A DNA stretch of 64,000 nt from a candidate division FCPU426 bacterium (lineage in GTDB: Bacteria; Oederibacteriota; Muellerivitia; Muellerivitales; Muellerivitaceae), in assembly GCA_963771075.1 (NCBI GenBank), contig CAVYSE010000011.1, positions 320,001-384,000 on the forward strand, written 5' to 3'. A model generated the notes under the pieces. It was not told the DNA's origin, made no database searches, and saw only the letters and a list, made by a program, of their open reading frames with translations. Made by a program: the position numbers and the translations under genes. Every line of letters begins with the position of its first letter. Positions within the stretch are counted from its first letter, which is position 1. Positions 22,201 to 31,209 of the stretch are shown one piece after another.

Positions 22201-23091
22201 ACGGCCACTACTACCGCGACGGCAACCCACACCTCCACCGTGACGGCCACTACCACAACCACCCCGACTTCGACCACGACAGCCACTTATCAGTTCAGCC
22301 CCACCAACACTCTTTCTCCCACATCGACGCTCACCTACACCACGACCGTGACCACGCCCCAGACCGGGACCAATACCAACACGCCTACCAGCACGAATAA
22401 TTCGACCCAAACCAGCACGCCCACACAGAGCCTTTCCCCGACCAGCACGTTTTCGCCCACCAGCACCTATACCCCCACGCCCACCTATACGCCGACCTGG
22501 ACAACGACTTGGACTCCGACCATCACGGTTACCTCCGCTTGGACGGATACGGATACTTCCACCGTGACGAATACCCCGACGGTGACCCCGTCCAGCACCT
22601 ACACGCCGGTCTTTACCTACACCCAGACAACCACCCCGACGGCGACTTGGACGCCTACCTATTCATCCACACCCACGTTCACCTCGACCATGACCAAAAC
22701 CTTCACCCCCAGCTGGACCTCGACTCCTACATCGACCTTGAGCTGGACACCCACGCCCACGATTACCTTAACGGCCAGCGAAACGCCGACGGAAACCAAG
22801 GCTCCGACCGCCCTGCCAGGCCATGTGGGAATCTACCCCAATCCAGATTCGGGCCCGACAGTGAAGGTTCTCCCGCCGTTCTACAATGGAATCGAGACGG
22901 TGAGGGTGGAACTCTATACCCTGGCGTTTCGGAAGGTGCAGGACATCACCTATTCCTCTTTGCCTTCGGGCACGGCCATTACCTTGAGCTTGACGGGGAA
23001 GTCGGGGAATCCGCTGGCGAACGGTCTTTACTACGTGGTGGTGACCGTTAACGGACAGCGCTTCACTGGGAAACTGCTGGTTCTCCGTTGA
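19243..23091 (+). CDS. Secreted GH74 xyloglucanase-like + Thr-rich stalk + CTD
   Basis: YARTDIGGFYRWD, GERLAVDPN, BNR-type repeats, DIAG, YGRMYIGTNGRGILYG; YPNP...LANGLYY...GKLLVLR. Confidence 0.92.
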   Translation: MKFRSFSLLIKALPIWLALGCSQGLAQTYTWSNVVIPAGGFVAGVDYSPVSQGLIYARTDIGGFYRWDSSTNLWIPLADMFGSSQYNNYGGESIAPDPVNANNVYVAAGMYEWNGNGVILSSTNQGNTWTVNPIAVPMGGNYDGRIAGERLAVDPNSNNILYFASRNNGLWKSTNSAASWNNVASFPVTGDSPYGLSYVIFLPGGNPGAGAETIFVGVDTLSAGNSSLYYSTNAGGTWAVVPGGPTNMITPHASLGTDGNLWVVYDSGGYGPNNISNGEVWKLNTRTLSWTQLTPGPGNVGFGGICVDPENAQHVVVATIDWWGGPDHIYSTTNGGTSWSVIGNAQTSFDGYAAPFANYVNNGAIWTMFCSAYNGGTGWQGDIKIDPYNSNNAIYTTGGGVWTSTNINAATQPAGVTWTFTDYGLEETSVLDMTASAEGGTFFSAVRDIAGMRHTNLTQSPAVGMYCNPEFTDTTGIDYAESAPNTVVRVGYGGAIASDGAYSTNNGQTWTPMASVPENADNEMQSVAISANGLTILAVPNNGDGNPSYSGNFGSSWTACTGLPGGAQICSDRVDSNIFYGVSGTTLYVSTNGGSSFASAGTYAGTESGRPRAVFGIAGEVWVPTSSGLYRFTNVGLGTVATKIITNVSNAVAVGFGMADSPTYTHPAVYLVGTISGNYGFFRCDDGVGTTWTQINNSNQLFGAVGFAAGDESVYGRMYIGTNGRGILYGSVSISSTSTPTPSLTNTPTRTNTPVATATYSGTPTRTMTTTSTPTMTLTMTRTNTVTSTQTATPTVTPTVTSTVTTTTTRTATPTITSTSTSANTSTVTVSSTPTLTRTSTSTATPTQTSTTTRTNTATVTTTSTLTVTSTMTSQYTPTITATVTSSATLTSTFTATPTHTLTFTPTVTFTITPTRTSTTTRTNTTTITPTQTSTTTLTLTETPTATLEFSATNTLSPTATMSPTITVTSTHTLTVTTTSTETNTATATTTATATHTSTVTATTTTTPTSTTTATYQFSPTNTLSPTSTLTYTTTVTTPQTGTNTNTPTSTNNSTQTSTPTQSLSPTSTFSPTSTYTPTPTYTPTWTTTWTPTITVTSAWTDTDTSTVTNTPTVTPSSTYTPVFTYTQTTTPTATWTPTYSSTPTFTSTMTKTFTPSWTSTPTSTLSWTPTPTITLTASETPTETKAPTALPGHVGIYPNPDSGPTVKVLPPFYNGIETVRVELYTLAFRKVQDITYSSLPSGTAITLSLTGKSGNPLANGLYYVVVTVNGQRFTGKLLVLR

Positions 23092-23121
23092 GTACTTTTT
23101 TTGATTGGGTGAGGGGGTCTC

Positions 23122-26100
23122 ATGAGTAAACGTGTAAATCAAAATCCGTGGATGTACTTCATCCCCTTGGTCCGAATCAAATCGATCCTGTCGGTTGTTC
23201 TATTCCTGCTCTTGGGCCTCGCCGGGCGTTCCCAAGCCCAATACGCGTGGCAGAACGTCCCTGTCCCGGGAGGCGGGTTCGTCGCGGGGCTGGTCTATAG
23301 CCGCGCCGTCTCGGGCCTGATCTACGCGCGCGCCGACATCGGCGGCTTCTACCGATGGGACAGCGCCACAAGCCTGTGGATTCCCCTGACCGACATGTAC
23401 GGAATCAGCCAAGTCACTTATTTCGGGGGGGAGAGCATCGCCCCGGACCCGACGAATGCCAATATCGTCTATGCGGCGGCAGGAATGTATGAGGGTAGCG
23501 GAAACGGGGTGATCCTTTCCTCCACCAACCAAGGCAACACCTGGACCATCAATTCCATCCCGGTCCCCATGGGGGGCAACGAGGACGGTCGTCAAGCAGG
23601 GGAGCGGTTGGCGGTTGATCCGAACTCGAACAGCATTCTCTATTTCGGTTCCCGCAGGAATGGCCTTTGGAAAAGCACCAACTCGGCCGCGAGCTGGAGT
23701 CAGGTGACTTCCTTTCCGACGAACGGCGATGCGGGTTACGGCATTTCCTACGAGATTTTCCTTCCGGGCGGTAACCCCGGCGCCGGGGCTGAAACTATTA
23801 TTGTGGGCGTGGACTCCATGAACTCCGGAAACAGCAGCCTGTACCGATCCACCAACGCCGGAGCTAGTTGGGCCGTGGTTCCCGGAGGGCCTACCAACAT
23901 GATTACGCCCCACGCCTCCCTGGGAACTGATGGAAATTTGTGGCTTGTCTATGACAGCGGCGGCTATGGACCTGGTGCGATCACGAATGGCCAAATTTGG
24001 AGGCTCAATACCTCGACCCTCGCCTGGACCAATGTAACACCCGCCATCGGGCCGGCCTCCCCCAACGGCGGATACGGCGACGTCAGCGTGGACGCCGAAA
24101 ATCCACAGCACGCTGTGGCTTCCACCCTCGATTGGTGGAGCGGTCCGGACAAGGTCTTCCAGACGGTCAATGCGGGGGCCAGCTGGACGATCATCGCCAA
24201 CATCTCCGAGGGTTGGAATGCCGGGCCTTTCTCGGTCTACAACGACAACGGCGCCATTTGGACCTTGGGTTGCGGCACCGAAGCCGGAGGGACGGGTTGG
24301 GCGGGGAACTGCAAGATCGATCCCTTCAATTCCAACAACGCCTTTTACACGTCGGGGGGGAACCCGGGGGCGGAGGGCTTTGGTTCAGCGCCAACATCAA
24401 CGCCGCCGCGCAGCCTGCGGGCGTCACCTGGACCTTCGCCACCTATGGGGAGGAGGAAACGGCTCCTATTTTCTTGCCTGCCTCTGCGGCGGGCGGGGTC
24501 TTCTTCAGCGCCGTGGGCGACATCGCTGGCATGCGCTATACCAACGTGACCCAACCTTCAGCTACGGGGGCTTATTGCAACCCGCAATTTGGCAGCATGG
24601 AAGGTATAGATTTCGCAGAACTGAACACTAACGTCGTCTTGCGGGTGGGGTACAGCTATAATCCGGGCGGCGTTGCTGACGATGTGGCTTACTCAACCAA
24701 CAACGGCCTGACCTGGACACCCTGGGGGAGCGCCCCGCCTGGTTACACAGCGGCGGGTAATTTGGGTTCCGTGGCGGTTGCGGCTGATGGGTCCCATGTG
24801 GTGGTATCTCCCACCAACGGAAACGGCTCACCGGCTTACGCCTCCTCCCTCGGGGGGGCCTGGACCACCTGCGCGGGGCTTCCCAGCGGCGCCATGCTGG
24901 CCGCCGACCGGGTCAGCCCTTCCACGATTTACGCCACTTATCCCCAGTACCCGGGGAACAACTCGGTGGACGTTTACGTGAGCACGAACTACGGGGCGAG
25001 TTTTACCCAGGTGGATACGATCACAAACACGGGCGCGATCCCAGCCCCGGGTTGGTACCAAACGCTGCCCCGGGCCGTTTTCGGCAAAGCCGGGGAATTC
25101 TGGGTAAACTCGATGAACCTATACCGGTACACGAATGCCGGGGCCACAAAGATCCAGATCGCCAACGTCACCGGCGCTCTCGGCGAGGGGTTCGGCATGG
25201 CGGCTTCCGGGCAGACCCATCCGGCCGTTTACCTGATCGGGACCGTTAATGGGACCTATGGTTTCTTCCGCTGTGACGACGGGGTGGGCAGTACCTGGAC
25301 CCGGATTAACGATGCCAACCACCAGTACGGGAACGCGATGGGCATTGAAGGGGACGAAACCGTTTACGGTCGCGCCTATGTCGGGGCCGGGGGCCGGGGC
25401 ATCCTTTACGGAAATATCCCGGCGGGCACCGCGACCCCCACATCGACATCCACGTCCACCTCGACCGCGACCCGAACGAACACACCCACAAATACCCTGA
25501 CGGTTACTCCTACCGTAACCCCCACCGTGACGCCGACTCAGACCTCGACCACCACACGCACCAATACGGCAACCGTGACTTCCACATCCACTATTACTCG
25601 TACCCAGACCTCTACCCCCACAGTGACGGCGACGGTTACATCAACCCAGACTTCCACGACGACTCTAACCTTTACCCCCACCCGGACTTCGACCGCGACG
25701 AATACATTGACCTTTACTTGGACTTCCACCTCGACGCCCCCATTCACCCCGAGCGCTACTTTATCCCCCACACCCTCTCCCACCCAGTCCACGACACGGA
25801 CTTACACGGCGACCAACAGCCCTTCCGCTACAACGACCTTCACCTCAACGAATACCCCGACTTCCACGAATTCCACGACCCCAACCCGCACCCTGACGCC
25901 CACGGTCACCGGAACCTCAACCGCCACTTTCCCCTTCAGTCCGACGGTGACTTTGTCGCCTACCTCCTCCTTTACTGGCACTATGACCGTGACCCGCACT
26001 TCCACGGGAACGTTCACAGGTACGGCAACATCCACCTCAACCTTTACCCCGACCCACACCTCCACTGCAACTTTTACAGGTACAGGAACCTCCACACCGA

Positions 26101-27593
26101 CGGCCACCCATACCTTGACGCCCACAAATTCCGCAACATCCACCGTAACGGGTACCTCCACGGCCACCTTCCCCTTCAGCCCTACGATCACCCTTTCCCC
26201 GACGGTAACGCTGACACCCACCTCGACCTACACCCCCACCGCCACCACCACCTTGACTTCGAGTTCTACCCCGACCTCGACCCATACCCTAACGCCCACC
26301 GATACATCGACTGCAACGAAAACCCCGACCTTTACCCCGACGGCAACCAACACCCTGACGGGGTCGCCCACGGCCACCTTCCCCTATAGTCCGACGGTGA
26401 CCCTGTCCCCCACAACCACTTACACTGGTACGAATACGGCGACCCCCACTTGGACTTTCACCTCAACCTCCACCTTTACTTCGACTTCGACCCACACCTT
26501 CACCTCAACCGCCACGGCCACCCCAACATCGACTCCCACTTCTACTTCGACGTCCAGTCATACTTCCACCGCCACTTCGACGCCAACCTCCACCCCCACC
26601 TTTACCACGACCCCCACGGTGACCTTGACGTGGACCTTTACCCCCACTTCAACCATGACTTCGACCTATACGTCGACCGCTTCCGCGACCACGACCTTCA
26701 CCCCGACCGAGACTTTCACGCCCACCTCGGCCATCGTGAATATCAGCTCAACCTCATCCACCTTCAATACACTTTCCGGGTCCGCCGGCGTCACGGCAGT
26801 ATCCGCGAACCTCAGCGATCCAAGCGCATTAGGGGTCAACCTCACGAATATCACGGTCAGCGACCTGGGCGGCAACGCGGCGAATGTCACATCCGTCAGT
26901 GTTTATTTGAATGGAATACTGCAGGCTTCCGTTCCGGGATTCACCGGCAATACGGCCACGCTGAGCCTGAACAACGACTTGATCACGTCTACCTCCAACA
27001 GCCTGCAGGTCCTGGTGGACTTCTCGGGTACGGCGGTTGGGACCTATGAGTTCTCGATCAGCGGCCTGACGGGAACCAGTACGAATAACGGGGGACAGCC
27101 GGTGTCGATCACGGGATTGCCGGTTTCGGGCAACACGGTGAACTGCCAGCAAGCCACGTTCACGCCCACCCAAACTTCCACACCCACCCACACCTACACC
27201 TATACCGCCACACCGACGCTGACCCTCTCGGTGACATGGACCGCGACCTCGACCTGGACGATCTCGGCCACTACGACCGGAACGATCACCCCGACCTTTA
27301 CGCATACGCCGGTACCCCAAAAGATACCGATCCTTTATCCCAATCCGGTGACTGGACCGACGGTGAATGTGCTTCCGCCCAGTTACACGAGAATCTCGAC
27401 GGTGAGGGTGGAGATCTTCACGGTGAATTACCGGATGGTCGTGGATGAGACCTTCTATTCGGTGCCCTCGGGAACGAGCGTAAACGTCAACCTGACGGGC
27501 CGGGGAGGGAATCCATTAGCCAACGGAATTTACTACGCGGTGGTCACGGTCAATGGCCAACGCTCCATCGGAAAACTACTGGTTCTGAGGTGA
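23122..27593 (+). CDS. Secreted GH74 xyloglucanase-like + Thr stalk + Ig-like + CTD (one frameshift)
   Basis: ORFs 23122 and 23997 join if one G is added to the G-run near 24365-24370 (NPGGGGLW); paralog of 19243. Confidence 0.9.
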
Positions 27594-27616
27594 AGGAACA
27601 GCCGGCGATACTTTAA
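25889..27616 (+). repeat. Direct repeat B, copy 2 (net 84 bp longer)
   Basis: Offset to copy 1 changes from 10574 to 10658 across ~26600-26710. Confidence 0.92.
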
Positions 27617-27639
27617 GCCATTGGTTGGAGGAATCGGGA

Positions 27640-28143
27640 ATGTTTCGAACAAGCGGGGCGACCAAGGAAGAAGCTGATGCGAAAGAAGTCAGACCGACGA
27701 CCATTTCCAGGGTCCTTCAACATGAACCCGGGGTCAGCGATGAAATACGGCATAGGGTCCAAATCGCGGAAAAAATGTTGGATTGTTACATCCAAACCGA
27801 GGAGAAGATTTTGCCCTTTGGAAGAATAAACACAAACCCGTTTCTGAAAGTCTTGCGCGATAGGAATGGAGGTGATCCGGTCGGGGAGTCCGTAATCGCA
27901 ACAACCATATTGTTTTCCTTTGAAATGATGCGTTGCCTCAGATACTTGAGGGATAATGGTTTTCGCCAGGGTGTCTGTTCCGTCGGACTGGACCGCTTAT
28001 CCCGAGAAATTGGGTCGACGGTAGTGGATTTTGAGATCCTTGTGGGGATATCCGAGCAGTATGGGATCATCGAGAAGAGCGGTTGGGATGCTTTTTGGAT
28101 CACGCCTCTTGGATTCCAATTATTAAAGAATGAGAATATTTAA
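27640..28143 (+). CDS. Hypothetical protein
   Basis: ~167-aa ORF; C-terminus GIIEKSGWDAFWITPLGFQLL resembles a winged-helix end; start uncertain. Confidence 0.5.
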   Translation: MFRTSGATKEEADAKEVRPTTISRVLQHEPGVSDEIRHRVQIAEKMLDCYIQTEEKILPFGRINTNPFLKVLRDRNGGDPVGESVIATTILFSFEMMRCLRYLRDNGFRQGVCSVGLDRLSREIGSTVVDFEILVGISEQYGIIEKSGWDAFWITPLGFQLLKNENI

Positions 28144-28467
28144 TTCACGAGGGAGCGGCTAACCCTTCCCGAGAAAGAGATGATTTTAAAAAAGAGCATT
28201 CATCCCTTCCCGTTTGCATTATTCTTTATCCCTTTCTTCTTATCAATCTACCCAAATCACTCATGCTCAAAAACACTTGAGAAATTTGATTTCGCCGTTT
28301 ACAAAAATGTCGGGGCCTCAAATCCGTAGTTTGGGCATAGGAGAGAGGCGAAAAAACCCCTCACATAAATGTAGGGTGAAGTCCACGGGAAAGGGATGAT
28401 TGTCATAGCATTACCAAGACAATCGAGGGACCATATTTACATGTAGTCGTGTAGATATGGGGGAGAC

Positions 28468-28857
28468 ATGAAAAGGTTAGAAGTGCGGATAAGGCCAGAC
28501 CAAATCGACGCCTTGGAAAAGGCGCTGTTACAGGTGGGGTATCCCACCCTGCCCCTCATGACCATTGATGGCGGGGGGGCCCGGGGCGTTCGTTGGACCT
28601 TCCAGGGGCTGGATTTCAACCTCGAATTTCTTCCCAACGTTCAATTGGAGATCGTCGGGTCCAACGCCGTCATCGAAAAATTACAAACCGGCCTTTCCGC
28701 CAAGGGAATCGCCCTGCCAAATACAATAGGCGAAAGACAAGCCCAACCGCTGGTATTTCCTAAACTGGAGTCCATCCAAGCGACGGTGGTTTGGCAACCC
28801 CGCTGTAAATTCCGTAATGGTACTTATATGGTATTCAATGAATCGGCCGCCCCATAA
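28468..28857 (+). CDS. Degenerate P-II-like protein
   Basis: MKRLEVRIRPDQIDALEKAL...GYP...EFLPNVQLEIV aligns to the P-II N-half; lacks GDGKIF and the RIRTGE C-loop; GGAG RBS. Confidence 0.65.
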   Translation: MKRLEVRIRPDQIDALEKALLQVGYPTLPLMTIDGGGARGVRWTFQGLDFNLEFLPNVQLEIVGSNAVIEKLQTGLSAKGIALPNTIGERQAQPLVFPKLESIQATVVWQPRCKFRNGTYMVFNESAAP

Positions 28858-28978
28858 GCCCGTTTTTCATTCCCATCGCCCTGATCTTGTCGGTATTGGG
28901 GCTCGCGGACTTCGACGTGTACCAACTCAATTTAAGACGATAAGTTGCAATAAGGGCCCCTTTTCTCATGAAAAGGGG

Positions 28979-29677
28979 TCAATCTACCGCCAGCCGGTAG
29001 CCCACACCCGGTTCTGTTAAGAAGTGTTGGGGCCGCCCCGGTTGGGTCTCCAGCTTTTGACGCAGGTTATTCATGTGAACCCTCAGGTAATGGGCCTTGT
29101 TCGCGTAGGCCTCTCCCCAAATTTCGGTGAGCAGTTGGCGCTGGGTGACGACCTTACCCGCATGCCGGACAAGAAGGGCCAACAGGTCGAATTCCCGTGG
29201 TGTCAGGTGAACTTCTTCTTGTCCCGTCGCGACTCGTCGGTGAGAGAGATCCACATTTAAATCCCCGTGCTGGAAAATGGATGATTCAGGTTCGCCTTGG
29301 GAAAGGAGGATGTGCCTTTGGGCTACACGAATACGCGCTAAAAGCTCCTGCACCCCGAAGGGTTTGGTCAAGTAATCATCCGCACCGGCGTCTAAGGCGC
29401 CAACCTTGTCCGTTTCCCGGTCACGCGCGGAAATGACGATGATGGGCTTCTTGGACCACTCCCGCAAGCGTCGGGTGACTTCTAAACCGTCGATATCGGG
29501 AAGGCCCAAATCCAAAAGGATAAAATGAGGGTTTCGGGTTGCGGCTTGAGTGAGCCCCTCCTGGCCATTGACAGCTTCCAGATATTGGTAGCCACTTGCG
29601 GAAAGGGAAGCTTTGAGGAAAAGACGGATGGCCGGATCATCCTCGATGCAAAGAACGGAAGGTTTTTCAGGTTCCAT
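28979..29677 (-). CDS. kdpE: KdpE-like OmpR-family response regulator
   Basis: LLDLGLPDIDGLEVTRRLREWS, ALDAGADDYLTKPFG, HYLRVHMNNLRQKLE...TEPGVGYRL. Confidence 0.92.
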   Translation of the reverse strand: MEPEKPSVLCIEDDPAIRLFLKASLSASGYQYLEAVNGQEGLTQAATRNPHFILLDLGLPDIDGLEVTRRLREWSKKPIIVISARDRETDKVGALDAGADDYLTKPFGVQELLARIRVAQRHILLSQGEPESSIFQHGDLNVDLSHRRVATGQEEVHLTPREFDLLALLVRHAGKVVTQRQLLTEIWGEAYANKAHYLRVHMNNLRQKLETQPGRPQHFLTEPGVGYRLAVD

Positions 29678-29682
29678 GATGG

Positions 29683-30789
29683 TTACCCCTCGTCCACGAT
29701 AGGCGGGTCTCCTTCTAAAGGCAAGGTGACCGTAAAACGCGCACCCCCCCCGGGCGGAAGCGAGGCCCTGATATAGCCGCCGTGAGCCTGGGCTATTCCC
29801 CTGCAGATACTCAAACCCAATCCCACCCCCCTCGGCCCGCTTTGCCGTCCGCGGGTGAATTTTTCAAAAATGGCTTCTTCTTCACCCGGTTCGAATCCCG
29901 GGCCACGGTCGGTAACCACTAGTTTCAACATTCCGTTGGCGATATTCGCGCCTATCGTGATACGGGTTCCGGGAGGTGTGTGATTCATGGCATTTTCCAG
30001 GAGGTTCAAGAGCATCTGTTCCACCAGCAATCCATCCATGGAAACCAAGGGGAGGCCGGGATGGAGATGAAGGGCCACCGGATGTTCGTCCGCCCGGTGT
30101 TTCAGGCGGTCCAGGGCGGTTCCGACCACTTCTTCAACCGAGTTCCAGTCTTTCCTCAAATTAAGGGCACCCGACTCAAGACGGGTCATATCGAGCAGGT
30201 TTTGAACCAGCCGGTTCATGCGCTCGGCCTCCTCATAAATACTTAGAGACAGTTGGCGTCTTTCTTCTACGGTTAATGTTTTAGCCCCCTCTAAAAGGCT
30301 GCTGGCGGCACCGGCAATGGCGGTCAGGGGTGTCCTCAAGTCATGGGAAACGGCGCTTAAGAGAGCGCTTCGGTTTTTTTCAGTCTCCGCCTCGACCCGG
30401 TGCAATTCCCCCATGCGGGATTGGGCGGCCAGGGTGCTGATGACGAGACTAACGACCAACATAACGATTAAATTCATCCAGGACTGGGGACTGGACATTG
30501 CGAAACTGAAATAGGGGGGGGTGATGAAATAATCCACCGCCAGTACTCCCCAAAAGGAGGCGGCAATGGCTGGACCACGCCCCCACCAATAGGCAATTCC
30601 AACTACCCCTAAGAGATAAAAAATGGAAATAGTGGATGTCTCAAGAGTTTGTCGAAGCCAAAAGCCTGGCAAGGTGATGGCTGAAACCAACAAAAAACTC
30701 CAAAGATAATTCAATGAATAATGTTTCGATGCGGTGTCGGAATTTCCAGGATCATTTATATTTTTAGATGCAAGAGGGGGGGTGGTCAT
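29683..30789 (-). CDS. kdpD: Short KdpD-like sensor kinase (4-TM DUF4118 + HisKA + HATPase)
   Basis: DYFITPPYFSF, RSALLSAVSHDLRTPL, NLLDMTRLESG, GLGLSICRGI; no N-terminal KdpD/USP or GAF domain. Confidence 0.85.
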   Translation of the reverse strand: MTTPPLASKNINDPGNSDTASKHYSLNYLWSFLLVSAITLPGFWLRQTLETSTISIFYLLGVVGIAYWWGRGPAIAASFWGVLAVDYFITPPYFSFAMSSPQSWMNLIVMLVVSLVISTLAAQSRMGELHRVEAETEKNRSALLSAVSHDLRTPLTAIAGAASSLLEGAKTLTVEERRQLSLSIYEEAERMNRLVQNLLDMTRLESGALNLRKDWNSVEEVVGTALDRLKHRADEHPVALHLHPGLPLVSMDGLLVEQMLLNLLENAMNHTPPGTRITIGANIANGMLKLVVTDRGPGFEPGEEEAIFEKFTRGRQSGPRGVGLGLSICRGIAQAHGGYIRASLPPGGGARFTVTLPLEGDPPIVDEG

Positions 30790-30870
30790 AACCGCTACTT
30801 TATTACCTTCCTGAAAATCAAAAAATAGATTTCAAATCGCGGTATTCACGATAATGAGCAAAAATGTAAA

Positions 30871-30885
30871 ACTACAATATTGTTA
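30871..30885. promoter_or_regulatory. Candidate activator site ACTACAATATTGTTA
   Basis: Exact reverse complement of 43220-43234; similar to 56250-56264; each lies upstream of a sigma54 promoter. Confidence 0.55.
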
Positions 30886-31141
30886 TTTCTTACGATAAGG
30901 TAATAAAAGTTGATTTTTGATGGGCTGAATAACTAGGTATAAACAATCCTCTGACCTCATTTTGAATCAAGAAAACGTAAAGACGGGAAGGCGAGGTATA
31001 AAGACGCCATAAATATTTTGAACCTTGAAAGGTTGAAAATTTTTTAACCGCTTCGGTCTCCCTTTTTTTCCTAAAAAAATACGAATCGTCCGCTTCCTAT
31101 CCTGAAACATACATTTCTCATTCCTAACGGGTTCCTGACAA

Positions 31142-31157
31142 TGGCACGACCATTGCT
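31142..31157 (+). promoter_or_regulatory. Sigma54 -24/-12 promoter
   Basis: TGGCAC-GACCA-TTGCT. Confidence 0.85.
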
Positions 31158-31209
31158 TTTAAGGACCTCCGTAAGCGGGCCGTACATTTGCTTTATTAGG
31201 AGGAATGAG

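Noticed and set aside
31127..31172. Hairpin upstream of APC-P-II as a riboswitch, and the ORF start at 31141
   Set aside because: The segment overlaps the sigma54 -24/-12 element and is mostly untranscribed; the RBS supports ATG 31210
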